32,284 nt of DNA from IMG/VR virus record IMGVR_UViG_3300031820_000012, positions 1 to 32,284 of that record; one strand, written 5' to 3'. Position 1 is the first letter of the stretch. Each line of letters starts with the position of its first letter. A program made the position numbers and the translations under genes. Origin of the DNA: a virus. Its lineage: Duplodnaviria > Caudoviricetes. The notes under the pieces are model-generated. The model was not told the origin of the DNA. It did not search any database and saw nothing but the letters and a program-made list of their open reading frames with translations. Of the stretch, positions 17,846-27,154 are shown one piece after another.

Positions 17846-18091
17846 ATGGCTCTAACAAGCGAACTCGCGGCAGAAGATCGTTTTCTCACCATCGCCGAAG
17901 CAGCCGAAGTTTTTCGCGTCACACCAGACACGATCTACCGAGCGTGCAAGCAAGCACGTGATAAAAAGTCCGGCTTGCGTCACTATCGAATAGGTCGCCG
18001 CGCCATCCGAATTCGCTACGGCGACTTGCTCGCGTTCACTCAGAACAACGCGAGCGCGTTCCGAAACAAAGTCAAAAAAATCGCACCCTAG
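17846..18091 (+). CDS. Excisionase-like / HTH_17 DNA-binding protein
   Basis: FLTIAEAAEVFRVTPDTIYR...LRHYRIGRRAIRIRYGDL is the Xis/MerR-type winged HTH pattern; ATG at 17846. Confidence 0.8.
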   Translation: MALTSELAAEDRFLTIAEAAEVFRVTPDTIYRACKQARDKKSGLRHYRIGRRAIRIRYGDLLAFTQNNASAFRNKVKKIAP

Positions 18092-18099
18092 GAGAACCT

Positions 18100-18447
18100 A
18101 TGTTCCAGCTGACAATCGTGATGCCGCAATCTCAAATCACTTGGGCGCTCACCTTCAAGGAAGAACAGACCGCCGTCGCAGCCTTCGCAAAATTCAAGGA
18201 CGAGCAGAGCAACCAAGTCGAGATCATCGACGACTTCGGCCAACGCTTTTACGGCGGACGATTCAAAGACGTGATGATGGAGGATCTCGAACAAACCAAA
18301 ACGCTATTCATCGATCGTCAGCTTCGCCAATGGCACACGCAAATCGATGCACAACGCGCTGCCGCAGCCGATCCCAAACTCAAGACAGAGATGATGCGGC
18401 GAGGGAACGGCGGACAACCAATGTTGACACCGCAATTCAACAGCTAG
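18100..18447 (+). CDS. Hypothetical protein
   Basis: AGGAG RBS plus ATG, 115 aa; stop overlaps the convergent portal stop. Confidence 0.75.
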   Translation: MFQLTIVMPQSQITWALTFKEEQTAVAAFAKFKDEQSNQVEIIDDFGQRFYGGRFKDVMMEDLEQTKTLFIDRQLRQWHTQIDAQRAAAADPKLKTEMMRRGNGGQPMLTPQFNS

Positions 18448-20195
18448 CGACGCCCGCCACCCGCAAGCAACTTGCGTTCCATGACGCGCTGAACGCCCTC
18501 GGGATCGCTCTTCAAGAGCATCTCGATCTGCTTCTGCTGCGCTTGCTGCATCTCTTTTTTCTCTGCTCGCGCGGCTTCTCGGTTCGGGAACGGCAGGTTG
18601 TCCAAGACGTAGTTCGGACCAACCACGCTGCCCTTCAATCCCGCCATAATCAGTTGCGCGTTGTCGTCATTGAAAATCGGCGATGACGAGTGGCTGTCAA
18701 CAGTCACGCGCCAATCTTGCGGCAAGTCGGTCAGCATGAACGCAGTGCCTTCCATATCTTCCGCGCTGACCCAATATCGCCGCTCTTCCTTTGCTTCCTT
18801 AATTTGAAGATGAAGGTCGGCTGCGTTGGCGCACTGACGTTCCACCAGTAACGCACGATCGCGCAGCGTTGGTGATGCCGTTTTCAGCAGCGTCGAAGCG
18901 TGAGAACCGGCACGCACGCCGGGCTCGCCCATGCCTTGCATGATGTTGGGAAAGCCGCCAAGCCAATTAATGGTTTCGATGAGCCACTTGATCAGAGGCA
19001 GCATCTCGGGCGGGAATTTCGGCGTGAGGTCGTTGACTTGACCGCCTTGCCCAACGTTCATATAACCGGTCGCGCGGAACCGCGCGAACAACTCGTCGGT
19101 CATCCCGTTTTCGCTGGCGAACGCGAGGATCTTATCGACTTGCAAACCGAACAAACGTTTGAGATCGTCGAGCCACGTACCCAACAGCCCTTGCGGCTCT
19201 ACGAGATCAACGAGTTCGCTGCGCCCCCAGAACCAATTCGTGACGACGTTTGCTTGGATCAGACGATACGGCTGAACCATGCTGCCTTCAACTTCTCCAT
19301 GTTCATCCTTGCTGCCAGGAATCAACAAATTCTCATGTTTATACAGCGGAGCAATGATGATATCAGGTTCAATCATAATGACCGTGACGTAATCGGTTTT
19401 CCCCTGTACCCACAACTCGTGAGCTTTGACCGTGGGCGCCATCACCGACGGTCCCATCACGGCATAATTGGGATCGTTGTTGAGTTGCACGATGCCGCCG
19501 GGCAACGGTCGCGTGCTCTGCTGCACGCCGGTCTGCAACTGCGATGACGACAACACCTGATGGAAAAAACTCTGCGGGTCGGCATTGCTGTTGCCGGTCA
19601 TCGCGTGCGCCGCAATGCGCTTGTACATCTCTTTGGCATTTGGCAAATGATAGATACGACGCCACACTTCCGGCATCGTCATTGTCGTCGTTTCGCACAC
19701 CGCCGGTTGCTTGTTGATGTCGTTTTCAGACTCGTTGTAGACGCCGAATTGCCAGGGCATGATCAACTTGGCGTAGTACGAAGGATGCAAATCCTTGCCT
19801 TCGGCCTGCACCCACTGCTTGAGCAAGGCAGAGCCATACTTCAATGACTCGAACACGCCTTGCCCAAACAGCAAATCCGTGTTGTTGCGCTCCCACGAAC
19901 GCGTCAACGCCGCACCAACGACCTTGGCTTGCTCCAATCGCGATTTTGGATACGCCAATTCGTAGTCGATCGTGAATTTCAATTCGACCGGACTAAACAA
20001 ATGCGCGGCTGTGCGCTCAAGCTGAAGATGCAGAAGGTTCAGCAGCGATTTCGTGCCGTCCGAGCGACCTGTCTCGGCAATCGCGTTCATCAGCTTGCAA
20101 TAGCTCGCACGAAGATCAACGCTCACGCGGCACTGTTGAATGAGTTCGTTGACTTCCGGCAATAATTTCTTTGGGTCGGTTGAAAGTTCAATCAT
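18444..20195 (-). CDS. Portal protein
   Basis: 583 aa downstream of TerL; NWFWGRSELVDLVEPQ and LGGFPNIMQG...VRAGSHA motifs typical of podovirus portals. Confidence 0.8.
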   Translation of the reverse strand: MIELSTDPKKLLPEVNELIQQCRVSVDLRASYCKLMNAIAETGRSDGTKSLLNLLHLQLERTAAHLFSPVELKFTIDYELAYPKSRLEQAKVVGAALTRSWERNNTDLLFGQGVFESLKYGSALLKQWVQAEGKDLHPSYYAKLIMPWQFGVYNESENDINKQPAVCETTTMTMPEVWRRIYHLPNAKEMYKRIAAHAMTGNSNADPQSFFHQVLSSSQLQTGVQQSTRPLPGGIVQLNNDPNYAVMGPSVMAPTVKAHELWVQGKTDYVTVIMIEPDIIIAPLYKHENLLIPGSKDEHGEVEGSMVQPYRLIQANVVTNWFWGRSELVDLVEPQGLLGTWLDDLKRLFGLQVDKILAFASENGMTDELFARFRATGYMNVGQGGQVNDLTPKFPPEMLPLIKWLIETINWLGGFPNIMQGMGEPGVRAGSHASTLLKTASPTLRDRALLVERQCANAADLHLQIKEAKEERRYWVSAEDMEGTAFMLTDLPQDWRVTVDSHSSSPIFNDDNAQLIMAGLKGSVVGPNYVLDNLPFPNREAARAEKKEMQQAQQKQIEMLLKSDPEGVQRVMERKLLAGGGRR

Positions 20196-20764
20196 CCTCG
20201 CCGCCTATAACCGGGTTGAGTTGTTTCGTTTCCGGGACGCTCAGACACAACGTCCGTCGGCAACCCCGGCAAATGCTTTGCCACCTGATGCTGGTGATAA
20301 TTATGTAATACGGTCCTCATTCTAGCACCGGCATTCGGTGCCGGCCCCGACATGACATCGGGCGACAGCATTGCGCCGTTCGCCTGAAAACCCATCGCGC
20401 GATCGGCGTTCGGCGCCGCCATAGCTCGCGTCACCTCATTGTTGATCGGCATGGCCGCAATCTCGGCATCCCGCCGATCATTCAGATTCGTGATCTTGAG
20501 GCCGCTCATATCCGATGCATCGCAGCCCGCCATCTCGGCTGCCGCATGCACGCGCTGCTCCGAAGCCGTCTCCATATCGCGATAAAGCCGATCATTGCTC
20601 TTTGTCGACGGCGACAAGATATTCGGCATGACGATATCGTCGTCGGCGCGATCGTTACCCACATACTCCCCGCACTCAGGACAATGCTTCGGCCATTGAT
20701 TTTTGTCCGAAAACTGCCACAAGAATTTCTCTTCGCAATGCGGGCACTTCAAACGAACGGCCAT
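20192..20764 (-). CDS. Zn-ribbon protein
   Basis: ATG 20764 overlaps the TerL stop (TAATG); CPHC...CPECG; 190 aa. Confidence 0.75.
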   Translation of the reverse strand: MAVRLKCPHCEEKFLWQFSDKNQWPKHCPECGEYVGNDRADDDIVMPNILSPSTKSNDRLYRDMETASEQRVHAAAEMAGCDASDMSGLKITNLNDRRDAEIAAMPINNEVTRAMAAPNADRAMGFQANGAMLSPDVMSGPAPNAGARMRTVLHNYHQHQVAKHLPGLPTDVVSERPGNETTQPGYRRRG

Positions 20765-22707
20765 TAGCGCCGACCTCCGAAACGTTGTTGCGGTTGAACC
20801 GTGAGACCCCCGCCGCGCCAGCTTTGATACGTCGCCTGCCGTTGCGCTATCATGCGGGCTTGCTGCTGCCGATTGAAAAACATGGTCAGTTGGTTTTGCT
20901 GGAACAAAGCAACTTGATCGGCAATCGCCATGTTCTGCCGGCGACGCTCGCCCAAACGCGTACGAGCTTGAGTAATAAGGTTGCGCCGCTCTTTCTCGTC
21001 CCAGCAATGCACGGCAAAAGCCATCGCCATTGCCCGGTCATCTTTCATCCCATCAGGCGCTTCGATCTTATCGCCTTGGCGAGCGATGGAATTGAACTCT
21101 GCAATCAAATCGAGAGAACGAATATGCAGCATGCCGTTCTGCACGTAGTTGCGCAGCGTCTCCATGAACGACACTTTGTTGGCGACCGTCGTCTTCAAAT
21201 GATAGTTGTGTCCCGGCGCCATCGAGTCGGCACGCGTCCAAATGAACGTGCGAACGTTGCGAAAAATATCATACATCCCGTCCTTGTACTCGCGCGGCTG
21301 CCGGCCATTCTCCAGCTGGTACCGCAGCGTCTTCAATGTGCGAAAAACGGAATCGCCGCCACCTTGGAGTTCAAGGACATAGCGAACCTGATTGGTGCCT
21401 TGCCCGTACCAGCCCAGGAGAGATGCCAAGACGTAAGCAAGATGCTGCGTCGTCACCAGCGTTGACGCATACTCCGCGACCTGATCCAAACCGTCGGCAT
21501 AGCAGCGACACACTTGAATTGATGCGCGGTCGTTGTCTTCGTTCTCGCCGTGTGCGGGATCGCAGGAAATGACATAGATGCCGCCGGTCGTAACCGGAGG
21601 CTCCCACACCTTCAACTGCACCATCTTGGAATTGGGAGCGCGCAAAATCTCGGTGTCGACGAACTCGTCACCCGTGAGATACATGTACGACTGATACTTA
21701 GTCGAAACATGCATGTTCGTCTGCTGCGTGAGCTTCTCGGGAGCGAAAAACGCAGCGCCGGTTTGCTGAAAAGCCTCTTCCTCGGTCCACGGCTGCTCTT
21801 GCACACGCAACGTAGATCCCGTGAACTCGGGCTCAGCGTCGCCTTCCTTCTCCGCTGTGGGGTCCATCTTGCGACGAACCCAGGCGAGTTGCTCGATCGT
21901 AACGTCGTGGCCGTACTGCCGCTTGACGGTCGCAATCTGATCCGCTTCCTTTTCGGATACGGGCGGCACGCCGTAACGCAGGAAGTCGGCATCGTCACGC
22001 ATAATGACTTGAGACGGCTTGGACCACCAACCCAAGAACAGACAGCCGCAATGCGGATCTTTCTTGGCGTCGAGCCACATGTGATACCAGCGATTAAAGC
22101 CACGAGCCGTCGACTCATAGATGTACAAACGATCAGGATTGGTGTCGGACAATGAGTTGTCGAATGCCTCAAGCCCTTCCTCATTATCGTACGAACAAAG
22201 CTCGGACAGATGAGCAAAGGCGAGACCCACGGATCGGCCGAGAACACCGGACCCTTTGGTCTTCTTGGTGCCGGCGCTCATGAACAAAACCTTGGAGTCG
22301 TTCTTGAGCGTAAGGCCGGATCGGTTGTTCCCCTTGATCCCCGGAAACTTGAGCGTCTTCGGAAGCGCCTTGATCATCACTTCCAACTCGGCGCGCGTCT
22401 CCACCTTGTTTTGATCGGTGTCGAAGACGACGGCGCCCTTCAATCCATCGAAGATCCCAAGCAGGAAGATCGTCATCGCGCGAGCGATCGTCGACAGCCC
22501 CAGCTGTCGGCTCTTGAGCACAAAGATTTTGTGGATGTCGCGTTCTAGGCAGTCGAAAACGAGCGTGATGAAACGCCGCTGCCCGTCATACAGGCGCTCG
22601 CCCAGGCAAGTGTATCCCGTGTCCTTGCTATAGATATAGCAACGGTTGAGAAACACATAAAACGCCTGCTCGACGCGCAAGCGTTTATCCCTGGACCATC
22701 CTGCCAT
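20764..22707 (-). CDS. terL: Terminase large subunit
   Basis: Walker A-like VLKSRQLGLST, Walker B AHLSE, coupling motif YESTARG, nuclease ISCDPA, LE and DDRAMA acidic residues. Confidence 0.93.
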   Translation of the reverse strand: MAGWSRDKRLRVEQAFYVFLNRCYIYSKDTGYTCLGERLYDGQRRFITLVFDCLERDIHKIFVLKSRQLGLSTIARAMTIFLLGIFDGLKGAVVFDTDQNKVETRAELEVMIKALPKTLKFPGIKGNNRSGLTLKNDSKVLFMSAGTKKTKGSGVLGRSVGLAFAHLSELCSYDNEEGLEAFDNSLSDTNPDRLYIYESTARGFNRWYHMWLDAKKDPHCGCLFLGWWSKPSQVIMRDDADFLRYGVPPVSEKEADQIATVKRQYGHDVTIEQLAWVRRKMDPTAEKEGDAEPEFTGSTLRVQEQPWTEEEAFQQTGAAFFAPEKLTQQTNMHVSTKYQSYMYLTGDEFVDTEILRAPNSKMVQLKVWEPPVTTGGIYVISCDPAHGENEDNDRASIQVCRCYADGLDQVAEYASTLVTTQHLAYVLASLLGWYGQGTNQVRYVLELQGGGDSVFRTLKTLRYQLENGRQPREYKDGMYDIFRNVRTFIWTRADSMAPGHNYHLKTTVANKVSFMETLRNYVQNGMLHIRSLDLIAEFNSIARQGDKIEAPDGMKDDRAMAMAFAVHCWDEKERRNLITQARTRLGERRRQNMAIADQVALFQQNQLTMFFNRQQQARMIAQRQATYQSWRGGGLTVQPQQRFGGRR

Positions 22708-22715
22708 GGTCCAGC

Positions 22716-22767
22716 AGCATAGAGGTAAGCCCCCACCGTGGCAAGGGCCTTTGAAATCAACGCCTTA
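22716..22767 (-). promoter_or_regulatory. Putative leaderless terL promoter with upstream IHF-consensus site
   Basis: TTGCCA (22744-22739), N17, TATGCT (22721-22716), 8 nt, ATG, with no Shine-Dalgarno. AATCAA-CGCC-TTA at 22755-22767 matches the IHF consensus. Confidence 0.5.
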
Positions 22768-22782
22768 GAGAGACGACTTGAA

Positions 22783-22980
22783 CTAGTTTGGGAGGGGAAC
22801 GACAGTCAGATACGAGAACAGGAAGTGAGTACCGCTTTCCTCCCACTGCTCGTCGGTGTACTCCAGGCGCTTGCGCCGCGCAAGGCATAGCGCTTCCTGT
22901 CGTTCGAGCGGAGCCATGCCGTTACGACGCCGCTCGGCATTGATGCGCTCGAAAACGTCTTGGGTCAGTTCTGCGACCAT
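22783..22980 (-). CDS. Small hypothetical protein
   Basis: GGAG RBS plus ATG 22980 (MVAELTQDVFERINAERRRNG), 65 aa. Confidence 0.6.
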   Translation of the reverse strand: MVAELTQDVFERINAERRRNGMAPLERQEALCLARRKRLEYTDEQWEESGTHFLFSYLTVVPLPN

Positions 22981-23034
22981 TACCGAATCTCCGGGTTTGA
23001 AGGGGAGATCCCGTAACACTAATTATTATAAAAA

Positions 23035-23316
23035 TCAACGCCAATGTGGGTTTTGTTGTCGCGCTTTCGCGTCAAGCTCGGAAACGACGCCCTGGATACG
23101 CGACGTCAACATCGCATAAAAATCACCCGGCGTGATCGTGGAATCAAGAACGAGAATCTCGATAGGATGACCGGCACCATCAGGTGGCACAATGACGATC
23201 GCACCACCGAACGAAGCGCCTTCGTTATGGCGAATAGTCAGCGCCATCGTCTCGAACGGAATAGCAGGATTCTGTTTCTCGGCGCGTTCAACGCTATCCA
23301 ATGTATCGATGGTCAT
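23035..23316 (-). CDS. Hypothetical protein
   Basis: Globular-looking, about 93 aa (FGGAIVIVPPDG). Start is uncertain (23316, 23334 or 23337). Confidence 0.65.
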   Translation of the reverse strand: MTIDTLDSVERAEKQNPAIPFETMALTIRHNEGASFGGAIVIVPPDGAGHPIEILVLDSTITPGDFYAMLTSRIQGVVSELDAKARQQNPHWR

Positions 23317-23518
23317 AATTGGGTTTGATCTCATCATTGACGTATGAAGTCACCGACGGAGCATTAGCGCAACGTCGCGCTATTTCTTCAGAAACGCCTG
23401 CGTAGAATGATGTGCGACCGCTCTTGGTCCATGTCACAGTCATGCCGCCAAGCGAATCGTCATACCCAACTTTACTAACGTTTCCACTCGAACTAAAAAC
23501 TTCCTGCTCCCAACTCAT
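23294..23518 (-). CDS. KTSC domain protein
   Basis: SSGNVSKVGYD...MTVTW.KSG..FYAGV......ANAPSVTSYVN.EIK matches the KTSC pattern. Confidence 0.8.
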   Translation of the reverse strand: MSWEQEVFSSSGNVSKVGYDDSLGGMTVTWTKSGRTSFYAGVSEEIARRCANAPSVTSYVNDEIKPNYDHRYIG

Positions 23519-23862
23519 TCGTTGTACTCCCGCGCCTTGCCCATCATCAAATCGAAGCAGATAGGCAGCAACACTTCGTCGGTATCCTCCACCGTCTCAT
23601 CCGCAAACAACAAAAACGGAATTTTCAGAATGCGGTTGCCGGGAAACAGGTTACCTCGATGGTCCGACCTGAGCAGGATAATGCGCCGTCGAGCTTTATC
23701 ATGAGAACCGACCGATTGAAACTCGGCTTCACACTCGTCCCCGAAATGGACGGCACGTTGCTTGTCAACGTAACGCTGCTTAGCAGGCACACGGATATGT
23801 GCCTTGCGATCGGGATGATCCTTGAAAAAATGGATATCGTCGACATCGGGATTGTCAGCCAT
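23515..23862 (-). CDS. Hypothetical protein
   Basis: 115 aa, overlapping both neighbours. Confidence 0.7.
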   Translation of the reverse strand: MADNPDVDDIHFFKDHPDRKAHIRVPAKQRYVDKQRAVHFGDECEAEFQSVGSHDKARRRIILLRSDHRGNLFPGNRILKIPFLLFADETVEDTDEVLLPICFDLMMGKAREYNE

Positions 23863-24337
23863 ACCCCATCTCGTTCAGTTTTTGCTTGAGAAGATTCAGG
23901 CAATTTTTCATCGCCTGATTCAAAGAATCGTCGGTCGCTGCCTTGGCGATGACCGCCGCACGTGCAAGCGACTCCGCTGCTTTCGTGACCTCATCGATCA
24001 TCTGTTTTTGAGCGGTAGCACGCGCGCCAAACTTATTGAGCGTTGCTGCGAGCGCTTTGTCGGTCTCCGCTTCCTCGCTTTGAAGCGCTTGCCGGCCGGC
24101 ATCAGTAATGTAGCAATTATGACGTCCGGTTGGGTCTTGTGCAGACGGATGCCCTTTGAGAAAACCCTTGGAAACGAGCGCCTCCACCGGCTTCTCCCAC
24201 CGGCCAATCGGCATCATAGGCTCGCCTTCGGCAGCAATCATGAGAACGGCGATTTCATCTTGCGTCAATGCCGGCATGACGACCCCATCAGCTTCAAACG
24301 CGTTAAGCAGCGCTTGGTCTTCCCTGCTCAGAGACAC
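23855..24337 (-). CDS. Hypothetical protein with possible winged-helix domain
   Basis: LTQDEIAVLM...VEALVSKGFL...YITDAGRQAL wHTH-like pattern followed by a helical tail. Confidence 0.6.
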   Translation of the reverse strand: MSLSREDQALLNAFEADGVVMPALTQDEIAVLMIAAEGEPMMPIGRWEKPVEALVSKGFLKGHPSAQDPTGRHNCYITDAGRQALQSEEAETDKALAATLNKFGARATAQKQMIDEVTKAAESLARAAVIAKAATDDSLNQAMKNCLNLLKQKLNEMGYG

Positions 24338-25715
24338 GTTCTTTCAATGCCTCCACGATACGGTCAAACACCTGCAACCACCCCTCATTCTCCAACTGAT
24401 TGAATGTACGGTGTTTGGATGACCAGATGATATCACTGCCGTTCCATCCGATACGATAATCACGACCGCACCAAGAATACGGTATCCAGCACTCCATGTC
24501 CATAGTCGAAGCCATGTGCGCCAGCGAACTCTCGATCGCGATAACCATATCAAGATTGTGCAGAACACCGAACGTGTCGGTGACGTCGCGGATGTACGGC
24601 GACATATCCTTGATCAACATGCCGGCGCCGACGTTGTGCACATCCTGTGCATCCGGCCCTACCTGAAGAGAATATAGCTGAATGCCAGGAACGCGGTACA
24701 ACTCAAGAAACCAGCGCACGTCAAGTGAACGATGCTTATCGATCTCATTCTTCGCCGATCCTTTCCATTGAATGCCGATGTGCAACTTACGATCCGGCAC
24801 TTTCCACGACTTGTCAGCAAGCGGCGCGTAGATGGGCGTGATGTGCTTGGTCTTCCTGATCTTGTAATCGTTGAGCCCGAGCGCGTAGGGCAAGCTGACG
24901 AACGTCGTCCAGTAGTCCGCCTCGGGAAACGTGAACGGCGTCGGCATGATATTGATGTTGGGAAGATGCGCAAAGGCGTTCATGAACGTACGAACCAACT
25001 CGGACTGCACGCCGAGATGAACGTACGAACAACGTTTCACCGTCTCTTCGACGAAACGCGCGAACGTCAAGGTGTCGCCTAGCCCCTGGTCGGCAACGAG
25101 CAGCAATTGCTTGCCTTCCTCGCCGCGCCACTTGGGATAGGGATAACCCATGAACTGCTGCAGCTGATAACGGAAACGCACCTCGAACGCGTCGAGGCCG
25201 GCGGCAAGCTGGCGATCGAACAGCAGCGCGAACGCGTAGGCCATGCCATACGTCGTATTCGCCGGCTCGAAATCGAGCGCCTTTTTCGCGTACTCCACGC
25301 CCTTCTTAGTGTCGCCAAGCGTACCGATGATCTGCGAATAATTGAGCCACGCGCCGGCCAGCGTGGGATCGTAGTCGAGCGCCTGCTTGACATACTCAAG
25401 CGCTTCCGTATCCTTGCCGATCCCATGCAATTTCCAGGCAAGGTTCGTCAGCGCGCGACCGCGCTTATCACCGAGATCGCTGCACTCAAGCGCGCGGCGG
25501 AAGCAAGCGACACTGGCATGACTGAGATCGTTGGGAGACGGGTTGTCGTTGGCGTTGCACCCGCACTGATAGAACGCCTCGCCGAACGTGGGATCGACGA
25601 AGCAAGCGGAGTTGAACAACTGCCACGCTTGCGACAGGTTGGTGGAAAATGTCTTGTCCAGGGCAACCGAAACGCCCTGATTGAACAGCTTAAGTGCAGT
25701 CTGCCGGTCGCCCAT
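24303..25715 (-). CDS. TPR-containing GT-B glycosyltransferase (GT9-like / FlmG-FlbA type)
   Basis: ATG 25715. Several TPRs, then PKWRGE..KQLLLVADQGLGDTLTFARF, IGIQWKGS, HRS, YSLQ, LDMVIAIESSLAHMA. Confidence 0.85.
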   Translation of the reverse strand: MGDRQTALKLFNQGVSVALDKTFSTNLSQAWQLFNSACFVDPTFGEAFYQCGCNANDNPSPNDLSHASVACFRRALECSDLGDKRGRALTNLAWKLHGIGKDTEALEYVKQALDYDPTLAGAWLNYSQIIGTLGDTKKGVEYAKKALDFEPANTTYGMAYAFALLFDRQLAAGLDAFEVRFRYQLQQFMGYPYPKWRGEEGKQLLLVADQGLGDTLTFARFVEETVKRCSYVHLGVQSELVRTFMNAFAHLPNINIMPTPFTFPEADYWTTFVSLPYALGLNDYKIRKTKHITPIYAPLADKSWKVPDRKLHIGIQWKGSAKNEIDKHRSLDVRWFLELYRVPGIQLYSLQVGPDAQDVHNVGAGMLIKDMSPYIRDVTDTFGVLHNLDMVIAIESSLAHMASTMDMECWIPYSWCGRDYRIGWNGSDIIWSSKHRTFNQLENEGWLQVFDRIVEALKERVSEQGRPSAA

Positions 25716-25914
25716 CTTCGAGGATACTCCGATACTTCTTACGCAACTCGTCGGCGTCACACATGCGGTGATTGACAATCACCGAATCGATGGCACTTTT
25801 TTCATTCCACTGGTGGGTGTACTCGTTGGTATCGACGCGATAATGCAAAGGCTTTTCTTGCCTACACCACATGCAGACGGCTTTGATTTTTTCAAGCAAC
25901 TCGGATTTCGTCAC
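25690..25914 (-). CDS. Small Cys/His-containing hypothetical protein
   Basis: GGAG RBS plus GTG; CMWC...H...H...HRMC; 74 aa. Confidence 0.6.
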   Translation of the reverse strand: MTKSELLEKIKAVCMWCRQEKPLHYRVDTNEYTHQWNEKSAIDSVIVNHRMCDADELRKKYRSILEDGRPADCT

Positions 25915-26611
25915 CTGTAAACTCCTGCAAGTTCCGCTTGATCAACCGTCTCACTTGTGTGTTGCGAAAAAGATTGCCGCTCCGATCTCGATAGCCACGA
26001 GCATTGAGTTCACGACGAATAAAGTCAACAGCCATTTGCGATTGGAGGGATTGCACGCAATCCAATATCTCACGCTCTCGCGGATTTGCAACCAAGCGCG
26101 CGGCACGCCCCACGCCGTCAATTTGAAATCCGTACGGAGCTTCGCCGCCGACATGTCCACCGTTTGCTTTCTTTGCACGCTTCCCCCCGCTCACTCTCTC
26201 GATGATGCGACTGCGCTCCATCTGGGCAAAAACCGCACCGATCTGGAAAAAAGCCGTAGACATGGTTCCGTGAAGGACTGATTCAGGACCCATGTCGTAA
26301 AGAATGAGATCGACCTTGCGTCGCTTGAATTCTTCGGCCATCTGCAGAGCGTCGAGCGCAGTGCGAAACATGCGATCAAGCTTCGATGCAACGATGACAT
26401 CCCCCGCCGCCAAGCATTCGAGCATGCGCCCGCCGTTCGGGCGCTCGCCAAGAGGAATAGACCCGGAAACGTCAAGATCATACCATGTGACCACGTCCAT
26501 CGATCCAATGCCTTTGGCCATGGCAACAGAACGACAAATGCGTTCTTGGTCTTCAGGAGACGTATTCGTCTTTTGTTCATGCGTCGATACACGTACATAA
26601 CAATGCATCAT
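25892..26611 (-). CDS. Serine recombinase (resolvase domain plus short recombinase-type C-terminal domain)
   Basis: YVRVST.EQ catalytic motif, D.DVSG, RP, KLDRMFR, FAQMER..I.ER..G, then GG.APYGF and ELNARGY. ATG 26611 is coupled to the HNH stop. Confidence 0.9.
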   Translation of the reverse strand: MMHCYVRVSTHEQKTNTSPEDQERICRSVAMAKGIGSMDVVTWYDLDVSGSIPLGERPNGGRMLECLAAGDVIVASKLDRMFRTALDALQMAEEFKRRKVDLILYDMGPESVLHGTMSTAFFQIGAVFAQMERSRIIERVSGGKRAKKANGGHVGGEAPYGFQIDGVGRAARLVANPREREILDCVQSLQSQMAVDFIRRELNARGYRDRSGNLFRNTQVRRLIKRNLQEFTGDEIRVA

Positions 26612-27144
26612 GATACGTGCCCCCACGTCTTACGATCTCGAATATCGGCGATCGTTTTCAAAGTGACATTGAACCGTCGCGCAAGATTCGTCAAGCTAGG
26701 ATTTCGTAAAAGTGCTGTTCTGATTTGTCGTATTTGCCGTTCAGTAAACTTCGCATTTGGATGACTAGTCCCACGCATTTTCGGTGTTACGTCACAATGA
26801 CAGCGCGTACACAACCATTCGACTTTCAAAGCTTTCGAATGATCAGGATGATGCGCGTGTATCTTTACGCGCCCGAGTTTATCCAATCCTGGCTGTCTTC
26901 CACAACGTTGGCAATTTTTAGGACGAATCAACTTGCCGTTCGCTACAGCATTATTCGCGCGCGATCTAGCAAGTTCGGTAACAGGTAAACGTTTCAACGG
27001 CTTTTTTAAAACTACGCCCAAAGCAGATGCGCACTCGCGAGAACACACAAAACCAAATTTAGGTCGCGACGCCCATTGACTGCGTCTTGCTTGGCCTGCA
27101 GTCATTTTAAAACGTCGCTTACAATTTCCACAAACACCAAACAT
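26608..27144 (-). CDS. HNH-type endonuclease with N-terminal Zn motif and C-terminal HTH
   Basis: Start reassigned to ATG 27144. CGNC...CSREC; CQRCG...IHAHHPDHSKALKVEWLCTRCH; RGTSHPNAKFTE.QIRQIR...LARRFNV...I.DRKTWGHV as in phage homing endonucleases. Confidence 0.75.
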   Translation of the reverse strand: MFGVCGNCKRRFKMTAGQARRSQWASRPKFGFVCSRECASALGVVLKKPLKRLPVTELARSRANNAVANGKLIRPKNCQRCGRQPGLDKLGRVKIHAHHPDHSKALKVEWLCTRCHCDVTPKMRGTSHPNAKFTERQIRQIRTALLRNPSLTNLARRFNVTLKTIADIRDRKTWGHVS

Positions 27145-27154
27145 TGTATTGAGG

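Noticed and set aside
22986-23011. Hairpin GGATCTCC/GGAGATTC covering the RBS of the 65-aa ORF
   Set aside because: Modest stem with an 11-nt loop; cannot be distinguished from chance without comparative data.
25892-26611. IS607-family transposase or full-length large serine integrase
   Set aside because: No N-terminal HTH and no tnpB. It is too short and lacks the zinc-ribbon/coiled-coil domain of large serine integrases. No att repeats were found by eye.
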